Part shown: one piece after another, positions 1-12,640 of the stretch
Position numbering within the stretch: position 1 is the stretch's first letter
How the letters are laid out: the number at the start of each line of letters is the position of its first letter
Assembly (NCBI GenBank): GCA_964016885.1
Contig: OZ024751.1
Coordinates: forward strand, 53,258,001 to 53,322,000
Origin: Eledone cirrhosa
Lineage: Eukaryota
Direction: 5' to 3'
DNA: 64,000 nucleotides
Made by a program: the position numbers and the translations under genes
The notes under the pieces: model-generated
What the model saw: the letters and a program-made list of their open reading frames with translations, nothing else
Databases searched by the model: none
Told to the model about the DNA's origin: nothing

Positions 1-233
1 AAAAATGAACAGAGAACAACAAACAGAGAGGCAGTACAAATGATATGGTTTTTAGTTTCACGCTTGAGAGTGGGAGGTGGAACTTGAACGTGCTTACTCA
101 TGCTCAAAAATAAACTTTCTGTCCCGCTTTCCTCACACTCTCACTCAGTACATATATTAGACATATTTACACGCGTATATATGTATGTGTACGTGACACG
201 AATGCATCGATATGTACAGCACACACACACACA

Positions 234-275
<42 letters not shown>

Positions 276-281
276 TAGATA

Positions 282-658
282 TATTTCTTTATTTGCCACA
301 AGGGCGCACAAGAAAAGGGGACAATACAAAGACATGCCGGGGATTTTACATACAGTCATGTAAAAAATATAAAAACAAACAATTACAACAATCGAAATTC
401 CCAATAGGGGGGACACGCCACAAATGGGTTGTTTAATACCCCGTCCATAGAACAACCCTCAACTCCAGGAGCGTGTTGTGCAAGTGGTCCTTTCTTCCCT
501 TTGCTCTCTTCTTCAACCTACAGGTTTATAAACAGAGAAGGCCCAATCACTCGGGCCATTTTCGCTTCATTCACCCACCTTTCAGTAAATTTACTGGGGT
601 GCAGTGCCTCTCTCTCCACTCTGATTCTCCTTCTAAAGTGATACTTAAAGAAGGCAAT
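282..658 (-). mobile_element. 3' stub of Tx1-clade LINE (ORF2 C-terminus + 3' UTR)
   Basis: Minus-strand peptide FFKYHFRRRIRVEREALHPSKFTERWV...ARVIGPSLFINL matches the C-terminus of ORF 6020..8647. Terminal TGGCAAATAAAGAAATAT leads into (TCTA)-like repeat, and (GATA)n flanks the other end. Confidence 0.85.
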
Positions 659-679
659 AGATAGATAGATAGATAGATA

Positions 680-860
680 AATATGTTTCTTTATTAGCCA
701 CAGGTGCAAAAAGAAGGGGACAAATACAAAGGGGGAAGTTTACATACAATAAAACGTGTAAAATATTATCACAAATGCAATTTAAAAATTAGTCGATTTT
801 CCCCAATAGGGGGAGACAGTTCATAGATAGGAGAAGGCGCCACAAATGGGTTGATAGACA
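680..860 (-). mobile_element. 3' UTR stub of the same Tx1-clade family
   Basis: ATATGTTTCTTTATTAGCCACAGG...CCCAATAGGGGGA...GCCACAAATGGGTTG parallels 284-432; it starts at a (GATA)n tract. Confidence 0.7.
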
Positions 861-1074
861 GGAAGAAAGATAGTTATCGCCGAATCGAGTTGTTAATGTA
901 TAATTCTTTATTATTGAAAAGTTAAACAGGTGGGCAGGTAAACAGGTGGTTGACTATATACACGATCTGCACACACACAGAGAAACACACATACATATAC
1001 ACTCACACACACACATATATATGTGTGTGTGTGAGCGTATATGTATATATATATATATATATATATACATATAC

Positions 1075-1137
<63 letters not shown>

Positions 1138-1141
<4 letters not shown>

Positions 1142-1252
1142 TTGTAATAGGATGAAACGAAATTTCATTTCTCACTCTTAGTACGGCACTTACTTAAATG
1201 TAAGTATGTATGTATACGTACATACATATATGTATACAGACGTACAGTAGCA

Positions 1253-1312
<60 letters not shown>

Positions 1313-1805
1313 CAGGTACACATATATATATGTACGTATACATACATACTTACATTTAAGTAAGTGCCGTACTAAGAGTGAGAAATGAAATTTCGTTTCA
1401 TCCTATTACAACTTATCGTTTTCGGTACGCCTGGCCGACTGAACTCACTCGATATGCAAATTAGGCTGCTCAGCCGTTAATTTTCATAAGGAAAGTATAT
1501 ACTTTCGAACGTTCAACCATCTGGCAGAAGGGTATACGGTGCTGATGATAGCTAAGAAGCTTGAAACTAGTACATCGTTCCTGTGTCAGTGTTGAACAAA
1601 AAGGTGACGTGGTTGCCTTAACACCGTACGGCATAAATCAGGCTGTCCGTTTGTTTACAAACGGACAAAGCGGGCGTTATAATAAACGTCCGCTAAACTG
1701 ATACGTACATATATATATGTGTACCTGTATGTATATATATATATATATATATGCATGCTACTGTACGTCTGTATACATATATGTATATACGTATACATAC
1801 ATACT
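1138..1805 (+). mobile_element. Short hammerhead-bearing element (Penelope pLTR / retrozyme-like) with inverted duplications around (TA)n
   Basis: 1138-1225 is the reverse complement of ~1330-1415, and ~1215-1340 of ~1700-1805. Contains the hammerhead at 1537-1577. Confidence 0.6.
1537..1577 (+). ncRNA. Minimal type-I hammerhead ribozyme
   Basis: cggtg CTGATGA t agct aaga agct t GAAAC ta GTA catcg: stem I cggtg/catcg, stem II agct/agct, palindromic stem III ACTAGT. Confidence 0.85.
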
Positions 1806-1825
1806 TACATATATATATATATATA

Positions 1826-1884
<59 letters not shown>

Positions 1885-1905
1885 TATATATGTATATATA
1901 TATAT

Positions 1906-1965
<60 letters not shown>

Positions 1966-2298
1966 ATGTATGTATATATGCTTGTATATTTATATGCAGT
2001 ATGGAGACAAGTCTGGTGATTGAGTTACAGGTGAAGACTCACCTGTAAAGTCATAACCGAATAAATTTATTATTAAATCTTACTTCACTCTGCTTCTACT
2101 CAGCCCACTACTCTCTTCACTTTCACCCCCTCTCTCTTCCGCTCTCTTTCTCTTACTTTCTTTGTCCTTCTCTCCCTCTCTCTCTCCCCCTCTCTATCTC
2201 ACTCTCTTCCTTACTCTGTACATTTTCTCAGTCAATTTATGAATAAAGGCCGAGTGAAACATATTTAGTAGTGTTGGTTACTGTATGTATATTCCTAT

Positions 2299-2383
<85 letters not shown>

Positions 2384-2393
2384 CACATACATA

Positions 2394-2494
2394 TAGGGTG
2401 TCCCCAAAAAACGTATACACAATTCAACAGCATTCTAATAAATATTGCCTGTACAGGTAATCAAAGTGTGTATACATTTTTCGGGGACACTCTG
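2394..2494. mobile_element. Tc1/mariner-like MITE (~100 bp)
   Basis: Imperfect TIRs AGGGTGTCCCCAAAAAACGTATACAC / GTGTATACATTTTTCGGGGACACTCT in TA context; internal part recurs at ~50292-50326. Confidence 0.7.
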
Positions 2495-2649
2495 CATATA
2501 TATATATATATATTCTTCTTCTCTTCTAGAAGAAGAAGATATGTAATGGAAGCCGCTTATTATGATCAATTTCGACGAAGCTTTAGAGAGAATTAATATG
2601 CAGCTGATACTATAATATACGTATATATATATATATATATATATATATA

Positions 2650-2752
2650 CGTAGGTCCCGGGTTGAGTCGGGGATAACCACAGTAAGTAAGGTACTCAAT
2701 ACATGGCAGAGTAAAATATATTTATTGTATAGAAGGAGCTCCTTCTATACAA
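2650..2752 (-). mobile_element. 3' stub of hammerhead family also at 21850-22012 and 58340-58505
   Basis: TAACCACAGTAAGTAAGGTACTCAATACAT shared among the three loci; flanked by (TA)n. Confidence 0.65.
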
Positions 2753-2755
2753 TAA

Positions 2756-2800
<45 letters not shown>

Positions 2801-2879
2801 CCTAGAGGCGGGCAGACAGACAGATAAATAGATAGATAGATAAATAGATAGATAAATAGATAGATAAATAGATAGATAA

Positions 2880-2940
<61 letters not shown>

Positions 2941-3290
2941 CAGGCTAAACATTGTAGTAATGTGTGTAGGAGTTTATGAAACTACTAACTTGTCATGATT
3001 CATTTGTGAACTAGATACCCTAAACCATTGAATTAAATAAGAAAGAATTAAATAGGTGTGTGTGTGTTTGTTTGTGTATGTGAGTATGTGTGTTTGTGTG
3101 TGTGCGTATGTGAGTATATTTGTGCGTATGTGTGTGTGTATGCTTGTGTGTATGTGAGTATGTTTGTGCGTATGTGTGTGTGTGTGTGTGTTTGTGTGTG
3201 CAGTGGCATATTTATATCGTACGTGTCCATGCCTTCTTAAATAAACACCTTTACATATAGATGTATTTAAATGCAAAGAAGGATTGTAAT

Positions 3291-3377
<87 letters not shown>

Positions 3378-3519
3378 CAAAGAAGGTGAGGTAAGATACC
3401 AGGTGGACCATAACACACCAGAGTACTCGATACACACACATATATATGTGTGTAAGTATAAATACATGTATAATTCCAATGCCTATAAACTAGTGTTGGA
3501 TGTTGTTTATATATATATA

Positions 3520-3656
3520 TAACTTTCTTTTTATTTGCCACCAGGGCATCAAAAAGTGGGACAAGTACAATGGGAGGAGTTTACATAAAAAGGCATCCTC
3601 AATAACTCAATAAGGAGGCAATAACAAGATATAAAAATAAAATAAAATAAAATAAA

Positions 3657-3660
<4 letters not shown>
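3520..3660 (-). mobile_element. 3' UTR stub of Tx1-clade family
   Basis: TTTATTTGCCACCAGGGCATCAAAAAGTGGGACAAGTACAA...GAGGCAATAACAA is nearly identical to 5763-5855. Confidence 0.75.
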
Positions 3661-3710
<50 letters not shown>

Positions 3711-4056
3711 CCCTCTTCTCCCTAGAAGTCTTATATATTTTTATGTGGGCTGATAGGGGGCGGATTAAGGAATAGCAGAAACCCAAGAAGCTAGATTTAC
3801 CACCTTTCTAGTGGGTCCGGGTAAGTTTTTTACATTCATATGATTTATTGATTTATTGATATTTTATCTGAGTGACCCGAATCTTCCTGGTCGTAATTTT
3901 TCGGCTGCACGGGTGATTTTAGGCATAATCTTTGTGTGTTGGTATCTTAACGATAGTTATAGCTCTGATTTATCTGAATTATTGAGCCCTCTGCCACTCA
4001 TGTCGGATTCTGTTTATCGTAAATTCGTGAGCTGATTTTCCGATACTCGATTATTC

Positions 4057-4097
<41 letters not shown>

Positions 4098-4216
4098 AGG
4101 TGAGTTTTATTGTAGCACAATAAAACAATGCAAATATCGGATAATTAGCACTCAACAGTTTATAGGAGTGGAGTATAAATAATATAAAATCAAAAGATGG
4201 TTAAAAGAGTTCCATG

Positions 4217-4287
4217 TATTTTATTATGCGCATTTCAAAAACAAATATCATTATGGGATGATATTTGCATTCTCATCAGATAAAATA
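4217..4287 (-). ncRNA. Type-I hammerhead ribozyme (inverted copy)
   Basis: Reverse complement of 4397-4467 with two substitutions in stem II. Confidence 0.8.
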
Positions 4288-4396
4288 GGGAGACATGATA
4301 TGAAGCTTAAAAAACACTTGCGAGCAGTGAAGTTGATATGTTGATTTAACACTTCACTGCTCGCAAGTGTTTTTTAAGCTTCATATCATGTCTCCC

Positions 4397-4467
4397 TATT
4401 TTATCTGATGAGAACGCAAATATCATCCCATGATGATATTTGTTTTTGAAATGCGCATAATAAAATA
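4397..4467 (+). ncRNA. Type-I hammerhead ribozyme
   Basis: tattttat CTGATGA [long stem II caaatatcat/atgatatttg] GAAA tgcgca TA ataaaata; perfect 8-bp stem I, palindromic stem III. Confidence 0.85.
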
Positions 4468-5028
4468 CATGGAACTCTTGTAACCATCTTTTGATTTTAT
4501 ATTATATATATATATGCAAAGAGCTTATAGCGAGGATACTGGGTTGCATGAATGTAACAAGGAATACATTGTTTGTGTAGATAATATTTAATTAACAATG
4601 GTAGATAGTATAGTTGACATGTCAAAGATGAGGATGATAGAATGAAGCAAAGTTAGTAGTTACCGTTTTAATTGCCAGGTAAACGCGGCTGGCAGAGGAC
4701 GCCTGGCTAAAGCCAGGGCGCCGGAAGGGCAATGAGAGACTGAGAACCTAAAGTTGTTAGTTTTATAGGGCCCTGACCGGAAGTTTCAGAAAGGGCCCCA
4801 CTTCCCGTCCAGACGTTAATCCAAACAAGGGAGACAACCGCTACAAGCTTGTGTAATCTCCGTCTAACAACTTTCACTAGGAAGTCATTGTTCAACCCGA
4901 AGTTATAGTAGAAATCAGTTGCTTAAGGTGCCACGCAGCAAGACTGAACCCAGAAGCAACTGATTGCGAAGGGAATTAGCGCAACAACCGGTACAATGCA
5001 GTATGGGTCTTACCTTTCCCTACTACAT

Positions 5029-5072
<44 letters not shown>

Positions 5073-5100
5073 ATGATATTAAATAAATGGAAACTATATT

Positions 5101-5165
5101 TATTTTATTATATATATTTCAAGGGTAACCAAGACAACATTGGTGCGCTTTCATCAGATAAAATA
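5101..5165 (-). ncRNA. Type-I hammerhead ribozyme in a TA-inserted element (5071-5230)
   Basis: Minus strand: tattttat CTGATGA aagcgcacc...ggttaccctt GAAA tatata TA ataaaata; family recurs at 22135 and 39546. Confidence 0.8.
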
Positions 5166-5225
5166 CAAAGTTTGTTTTATAAATAGAGACGTACCCATGA
5201 AAATCATACCTTATCGGTTGGAAAT

Positions 5226-5268
<43 letters not shown>

Positions 5269-5754
5269 CCTACATGGTGCATATACAGTTTATATAGCGT
5301 GTATATTGTATATCTAATGTATAGAGCGTATATGATGTACATATAGTGAATATAGCATAAATGGTGTGTATATATAGTGTATATATTAAATGCGACGACA
5401 CAGGTGCCAAGATGCATCGATCTTTCCCTTGGGCAACATCGGGGGTGTCTTGGTGTCGGGGAGAGAAAACACTTGCATTCAGGGACAACTACCTGACTTC
5501 CGTAATGACAGCTGCTCCTTGGAAAGGAACTTTCCACGTGCAGATCCATAGATTCATAAGACATACCGGTGTCCCATTTATATATGTGTATGTGTCTGTG
5601 TATATATGTGTGTATTTATGCATGCATATATGTGTGTGTGAGAAGGAAAGAATAGGAAATATAGATAGTTAGGTAGATAGATAGACATACACAGAGAGAG
5701 ATAGATAGGCAGACAGGCAGACAGATAGATAGACAGATAGACAGATAGATAGAT

Positions 5755-8650
5755 ATATTTCTTTTATTTGCCACTAGGGCATCAAAAGTGGGACAAGTAC
5801 AAAGGGGGGAGTTTACACAAAAAGGCGTCCTCAATAAGGAGGAGGCAATAACAAAATATAAAAATAAAATAAGATATAACAAAAAATAAAATTTTTAACA
5901 AAATCCTCAATAGAGAGGAGGCGCCTTGGGGGGTCGCACACACCCCCGAAAAAAGTGTGCAACCCTTCTCCTCAGGAGCACAGAGAAGGGGTGCTCCCTT
6001 GGTCTTTCATCTTCCTCACCTATAGTCTGATGTAGAGTGAAGGCCCATTCACACGGGCCATTCTCGCCACTTTCACCCATCTTTCATAGAAACGGCTGGG
6101 GTGCAGCACCTCTCTCTCCATCCTGATCCTTCTTCCGAAATGATATCGGAAGAAACGGACCAGTTGTTGGCCAGAGAGAAAGGTGCCCGACCTCAGTCCT
6201 TTCAGACGCGTCCACCATACAACCTCTTTCGCCATGGCTATTACGCACAGAAACACCGCCTCTGCTTCATCTTTGAAGGGGGGAGGCGGCTTGATCATTA
6301 CAATAGACTCGGTGGTCAACCGGATCGGTCCCACCCTTGACAGCAGTTGTTCGACATAGCCCCACAGATCGGCTACGCCCGAGCAGTGTACTAATGCGTG
6401 TGCAACGGTTTCCTCGTCGCACACGCATCTGGGACAGATCTTTTTGGCGGGGTCCCTACCCGGGCGCCCGTGTCTGTAGAGCCTTTCTCGAACGGGTAAA
6501 GCCCCTCGGTAGCACTGCCAGGCCAGGGACTTCTGGAAGTTGTCCATAGGTCCCGGGCTGAATGTCCTACCGAACAGGCTGGCCAGTTCGTCCTCCTCCA
6601 TGTCTAGGGCTTCTCCGAGGGCGTCGTCGCACCTGCTGCGTACCAGCCCTCTATAGAATGTTGCGGTGGAGTCTCCACTGATAACCGGATCCGCCTGCCA
6701 GAGGGCGGTGAGCGCCTGGGCACACTCAGTGTGCCAGGCGCCCAGTTTTCTCGGTCTTTGCTTGACCCAGGATTGCAGCTCGGTGAGTGAGACGAGTCTG
6801 GGAAAGGTTCGTCTCACAAACGAGGCCCACACCGGTTGTCCGGTGAGGAATACGTAGAGGTGCCGTAGCCTTAATGCGTGTTTACGCATCATTAGCCACG
6901 GCATCCCCAGCCCTCCTTTCGAAGGGTGTTGACAGCAGATGGATCTCCTCACCATAGGAGCCCGCCTCTTCCAAAGGAATTGGAAGAGCGCGCGCTCCAT
7001 CTTGGTGAGGGTTTCCCTTGGGCAGGGCACTACGGTCAGGCGGTAGTAGATGACGGACGCTATGTAGGTGTTCGCCACCTCCGCCCGACCTTTCAGGGAT
7101 AGTTTGCAACTGGCCCACTTCTGGGTCAGTGCAAACACCCTGTTCGTAACCTCCGCCCAGTTTTTCTCCACCTGGAGGTCCGGTCCGAACCAGACCCCGA
7201 GCAACTTCACCGGGCCCTCCGTCCAGCGTCCGACGACGCTATCGGAGGGCATCGGTCTGCCCCTCCACGTGCCGAGTTGCAAACCGATCGACTTGTCCCG
7301 GTTCAGCTTAGCCCCTGTGAACTTTTCGTACTCCTCCAGTAAGGTGCCGACCGCCTCGATTTCGGAGGCCGTCGACACCATTACTGTCACGTCATCGGCG
7401 TAGGCCGACACCGCTTTCCGCAATCCCGGTTCCAAAGGGATGCCCTGCAACAACTCCAACTTCCGCAGTAGTGGCTCGAGAGTCAACACATACAGAAGGG
7501 AGGAGAGAGGGCACCCTTGTCGGATGGACCGCGCGATTTTGAACGGCTCCGAGAGGTAGCCGTTCACCTTGACCCTAGAGCAGATGCGGCTGCTGTGCAT
7601 AGCAGTGATCCAGCCCCTGAAAACGGGTCCGAAGCCTGCCGCCGCTAGCACCGCATCCAGGTAACCATGGTCGACCCTATCGAACGCCTTAGATTGATCC
7701 AAGTTGATCAGAGCCCCACCAAAGCCGGGTTCGTTCCCAACCCTCTCTATGATGTATCGCATGAGGTGGAGGTTGTCATGGATGGACCTGGACGGGATAG
7801 CGCATGTCTGCGCATCTCCCACCAGGTTGCCCACGACAAGCGCCAACCTCTTTGCTAGCACCTTGGCCAAAATCTGTAACTCTGTATTTAGCAGTGTTAT
7901 GGGCCTGAAGTTACTTATTTCGTCCCCCTTGTTCTCGTCCTTCCTCACTAGCGTGACTACGCCCTTGGTCACAGTACAGGGAATTCTCCCGTTCTGTTGC
8001 CAGTTGCAGTAGACCGCCTCGAGGAGATCGGGGAACAAGTCCGGCATAGCTAGATATAATTCGTAAGGAAGACCATCGAGACCCGGGGATTTGCGTTTGC
8101 CGCATTGGCTCAGCACGTCCTCTATCTCAGCGGCCGAAATCGGCTCCTCGCAGGACTTCGCCTCCCTGTCCGAGAGGCGCGGCAGGCCGTCGAGGTATGG
8201 ACCGAAGTCCACGTTCCCAACCGGCTCCCCGCCCCTCCCGAACAGTCGGGCAAAGTGCCTTTGAAAGGCCTCACACATCTGCTTAGGCTCAAGAATCGCC
8301 CGTCCATCCAGGTCTCGCAAAGACCGGATGGTGGATTTAGTTCCACTGTTGGCCTCTGTCACGCGGGCCCAGCTAACAGCTTTGGTCCCCTCGTTCCCTA
8401 GAGCACGTATTTTACTTCGGACAACGCAGCCTTCGTGCTTCGCGTCGAAAAACTGGCTCAAAGCCGTTCTCGACGCTAGCACTCTGGCCACGTCGCCGCT
8501 TCTAATTGCCTCTTCTACTCTATCTATTAGCTCCCTTTCCTTCCTATTCCTATCCGCAGCTAGAACCTTACTAAATTCTATCGAGACTACTCTAATCTCT
8601 CTCTTTAGAGATACCCACCACCTGCTGTTGACGATCGCTCCAGTCAACCG
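5755..8650 (-). mobile_element. 5'-truncated Tx1-clade (L1 group) non-LTR retrotransposon inserted in (TCTA)n
   Basis: Uninterrupted ORF2 fragment plus ~260 bp 3' UTR ending TGGCAAATAAAAGAAATAT; (GATA)n-type repeats at both ends (5665-5755, 8651-8680). Confidence 0.9.
6020..8647 (-). CDS. LINE ORF2 fragment: reverse transcriptase + C-terminal CCHC zinc knuckle (endonuclease missing)
   Basis: KSPGLDG, NFRPITLLN, LDQSKAFDRVDH, RQGCPLS, YADD, LLGV and CPRCVCDEETVAHALVHC; the post-RT region SLKGRAEV..GGLG is typical of L1/Tx1. Confidence 0.92.
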   Translation of the reverse strand: MTGAIVNSRWWVSLKREIRVVSIEFSKVLAADRNRKERELIDRVEEAIRSGDVARVLASRTALSQFFDAKHEGCVVRSKIRALGNEGTKAVSWARVTEANSGTKSTIRSLRDLDGRAILEPKQMCEAFQRHFARLFGRGGEPVGNVDFGPYLDGLPRLSDREAKSCEEPISAAEIEDVLSQCGKRKSPGLDGLPYELYLAMPDLFPDLLEAVYCNWQQNGRIPCTVTKGVVTLVRKDENKGDEISNFRPITLLNTELQILAKVLAKRLALVVGNLVGDAQTCAIPSRSIHDNLHLMRYIIERVGNEPGFGGALINLDQSKAFDRVDHGYLDAVLAAAGFGPVFRGWITAMHSSRICSRVKVNGYLSEPFKIARSIRQGCPLSSLLYVLTLEPLLRKLELLQGIPLEPGLRKAVSAYADDVTVMVSTASEIEAVGTLLEEYEKFTGAKLNRDKSIGLQLGTWRGRPMPSDSVVGRWTEGPVKLLGVWFGPDLQVEKNWAEVTNRVFALTQKWASCKLSLKGRAEVANTYIASVIYYRLTVVPCPRETLTKMERALFQFLWKRRAPMVRRSICCQHPSKGGLGMPWLMMRKHALRLRHLYVFLTGQPVWASFVRRTFPRLVSLTELQSWVKQRPRKLGAWHTECAQALTALWQADPVISGDSTATFYRGLVRSRCDDALGEALDMEEDELASLFGRTFSPGPMDNFQKSLAWQCYRGALPVRERLYRHGRPGRDPAKKICPRCVCDEETVAHALVHCSGVADLWGYVEQLLSRVGPIRLTTESIVMIKPPPPFKDEAEAVFLCVIAMAKEVVWWTRLKGLRSGTFLSGQQLVRFFRYHFGRRIRMEREVLHPSRFYERWVKVARMARVNGPSLYIRL

Positions 8651-8709
8651 TAGATAGATAGATAGATAGATAGACAGACAAATCGGTAGATAGACAGATA
8701 TATAGAGAG

Positions 8710-8758
8710 ATATGTTTCTTTATTAGCCACAGGGGCACAAAAGAAGGGGACAAATACA
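8710..8758 (-). mobile_element. Extreme 3' stub of Tx1-clade family
   Basis: ATATGTTTCTTTATTAGCCACAGGGGCACAAAAGAAGGGGACAAATACA is nearly identical to 681-728; embedded in (GATA)n/(GACA)n. Confidence 0.75.
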
Positions 8759-9021
8759 GATAGATAGAGAGATAGATAGATAGACAGATAGACATACATA
8801 CAGACAGATAGACAGACAGATAAGATAGATAGATAGATAGATAAAATATGAATATTATATCAGACATAAACAAAGACACGCTATTTGCTACATTAATGTG
8901 TTATATTTTAAAGTATTTTCATTGTGTTGGTTTGTTTGCTTCTGACCCGGCCAGTACTTAACGAGCTGACCTATGACATATGACATGTGACGTTCCAACA
9001 GCGACCATCCAGTCCTCGTGT

Positions 9022-9108
<87 letters not shown>

Positions 9109-9517
9109 TATTCTCTCTCAAATTTAGCTAAAAGATTTATCATACACTACCGTATTGTACAGATATAATTTGAGAGACATTTTGACTGTTATTTCTAGTA
9201 GGTCTAACAATGACTACGTAAATAGTCCCTTCATTAGCCCATTCATTACCTTCATATGATATATGCAGGGGCAGTAGAATTGGGGGGAGGCATGTTCCCC
9301 CCTAATAATTATATTTTTCTCCCCAAATTACCAAAACACACAACTATTTGTATATGCGCTACAATTCATGTACATGTTATTTTTATCGCATATCGAAGTT
9401 TTTTTTTTATACCTTGTTTGATATTTTGATAAGAACAGCTAAACTAATCACTACAACTAAATTGACCAAATGTTCCCACCCCCACCAATTCAGCCCTGAC
9501 ATAACACATATATATAC

Positions 9518-9872
<355 letters not shown>

Positions 9873-10427
9873 TATATATATACAAGTGGAAGCTTAGTAA
9901 AATCGAAGCTTTGGCTGTGGGCAAGCTAAGTCGACCTACAATAGGAATGAGTTAGCAAAGCACTCAATAAGGGCCTTGAGTAATAACATACTTTTAAATA
10001 GCTTGACAAATTGAACATTGCGGTAGGCAAAACCCAACCACACATTACCAAAGTAACGAAAGAACTAACAGGTTAAAATATATTCATGTGTGTTTTTGTG
10101 TCGGTGTTTTTAAGTTGTAGAGGCTACTAAAATCCATAGTGGAGCAGATTCCGAATGATAGCAAAACTGAAAAATCGTAAATTCAACAACGTAGTTATCA
10201 ATTATTCATTCGTTTGAGCAAAGTAGTACACAATACGTGCATAAAAGTGCAGTTATTTACCTATATATTTATTCGTCCGAGATTAATGCATCCGTCATTC
10301 TATCGAAGTGACGAGGAAAATCTGGGACTAGCCAAGACTGAAACTTAAACTTGAAGCAAATACATACGTAAGGGTATATATACATCAGTGTGTACGTGTA
10401 GTACGTGTACAGGTAGACAGATAAATG

Positions 10428-10549
<122 letters not shown>

Positions 10550-10894
10550 TGTATATATGTATATATGTATGTATGGCCTGTAATTCAAATTCTGTTATTC
10601 TATTTTAGATCTATAAAGTTGAAAATTAGAGAGAGAGGCAGAGATGCAGTGACAGAGAGAGGTACAGATGGATTAGATGCAATATTTACCTGTGACAGAG
10701 GGAAGCAGAGATACAGTATTTACCTGCGACAGAGAGAACCAGAGATAGATAGATAGGTGCATTATTTACCTGTGACATCGAAAGTAAACCAACGTGGTTT
10801 CGCATCCGCACTGTGGATACATGCACACTCAGGTAAAGTGAGAGTCTCCCTGGACGACAAGTTAAAACGGACAGCCAACACAGACGAACAGACA

Positions 10895-11345
10895 GGCAGA
10901 CTGGCTGACTGACTGACTGACTGACTTACTAACAGGCTGGTTGGCTGACTAACTGGTGACTGGGTGACTGGCTGGCTTAAGAGTAAGTTGATTTGTTGGG
11001 TGGCTGGTTGGTTGTGTGTTGACTGGCTGGTTGGTTGGGTGGTCGGGTGTGTGGTTGGTTCACTGGTTGGGCGGTTTGTTGGCTGGGTGGTTGAGTGGTG
11101 GAGTGTGTGGTTGGTTGAGTGGTTGGGTGGTTTGTTGGCTGGGTGGTTGGTTGGCTAGTTGGCCGGGTAGTTGGGTAGTCGTTTGGTTGGGTGGCTGGTT
11201 AGTTGATTGGTTGGGTAGTTTGTTGGCTGGCTGGTATGTTTGCCGGGTGGTTGGCTGGTTGAATGGGTGGTTGGCTGGTTGAATGGGTGTTTGGTTGGCT
11301 GGATGGAGGGAGGGGATAGTTGGCTGGTTGGATGGTTGCCGGTAT
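10895..11345. repeat. Degenerate (GACT)n/(GGTT/GGCT)n tetranucleotide repeat
   Basis: Directly visible; explains the W/L/G-rich ORFs. Confidence 0.9.
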
Positions 11346-11517
11346 AATAGCTGGCAAGATGGACAGACAAAAGTGGCAAACGGAAGGAGAAAGAAGAGAA
11401 CAAAACAGAAACAACCTTAATTGAAAGACAAAAACAATCAACAACGGGCCAATCAACAAGTCATTTGCTGAGGTAATACACACACACGCACAAGACACAC
11501 ACACATGCAAGGCGCAT

Positions 11518-11550
<33 letters not shown>

Positions 11551-11768
11551 CACACAATCATACATGACAGATAGTCAGGCAACCAAGAAAGATAGACAGA
11601 CTGACTGACAGATACAGAGGGAGAACAGAGAGATAAAGAGAGAGAGAGAGAGAGAGAGAGTTAGTGACATGACGTTTTTTATTATTATCATTCAACAGGT
11701 GTGAGAGAACTTTCCTTTCTCTTTACTACATATATTATGTCTATATATATATTGTGTGCTTATCTATG

Positions 11769-11850
<82 letters not shown>

Positions 11851-12211
11851 AGTATGTGTGTGTGTGTGCGTGTGTGTGTGTATGTGTGCGTGTGTGCGTT
11901 AGTACGCTTCTGTTGTGATTAAGCGACACCAATTCCAAATATCCAATCATATCTACATTACAGAACGTCGTTTGACTGTGTTTGTAGGTAGGTAAGGCAG
12001 AAAGAAGACTTTCCCTATCTTTTTATCCAATCTTTTTCCATCTTTAAAATTTATGGAAGCTTCCGTTCACTATTTATTGTCCACACATGTTTCCTGTACA
12101 TTGTTTTTTTTTTATAGCAGTTGATCCCATTCTTCACACTTTTCCTTCGCCAAATACAACAAACACGCAGACATGATGAGCCTGCAGTCTGGAATCCTCT
12201 CGTTAAACATG

Positions 12212-12640
12212 TAATCAATCAATCAATCAATCAATCAATCGAGAAGCAACTCGTAGATCGAAACATAAACAACTCCCCTCGTTCAAAAGAACGAAGTCGC
12301 AATCACTGTATAATAAGGGTACATTTCCTGGTGTCAGTGTGTGTCCGTGAAACATACACCAGGTCCGAACACAAAGGAACCAAACTTCCACAGTCAATGC
12401 CTCCGCTTCTCGCGTTCTCTCCATCTCTCACTATTATGAGCCAATGGGAGCCCACGCGCTGACCGCCCCGTGGTCTCGACGAACAGAATAGAGAAGGCGT
12501 TTCCTCGGAGGATGGTGAGCGAGACGCATTAGAAGAGCCATTCCAGCTCGCGAGGCTCACACCCGCGGGTAGCCAACTCTGTGCCGATGGTGGTGAATAG
12601 GGCGGTGGCCCTAGGGCCAAGGACACCAGTAGTCTCCACT
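12212..12640 (-). mobile_element. 3' fragment of a CRE-like (restriction-like endonuclease) non-LTR retrotransposon with (GATT)n tail
   Basis: Minus-strand translation from 12639: VETTGVLGPRATALFTTIGTELATRGCEPRELEWLF*CVSLTILRGNAFSIL, fitting the CRE C-terminal pattern VETxGxxG...S.AI.RGNA; (CAAT)n at 12214-12240. Confidence 0.75.

Larger units (their letters stand above)
4095..4506. mobile_element. Fold-back hammerhead element in (TA)n
   Basis: 4180-4334 is a near-perfect reverse complement of 4350-4505; each arm has a hammerhead. Confidence 0.8.

Noticed and set aside
3745-3825. Hammerhead-like CTGATAG...GAAACCCA..TGGGTC
   Set aside because: Non-canonical core and no clear stems I/II, although the host segment (3706-4060) looks like another TA-inserted element.
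4680-4905. GC-richer patch with CCGGAAG (ETS-like) motifs as a promoter
   Set aside because: Short motifs only, with no associated gene or other support.
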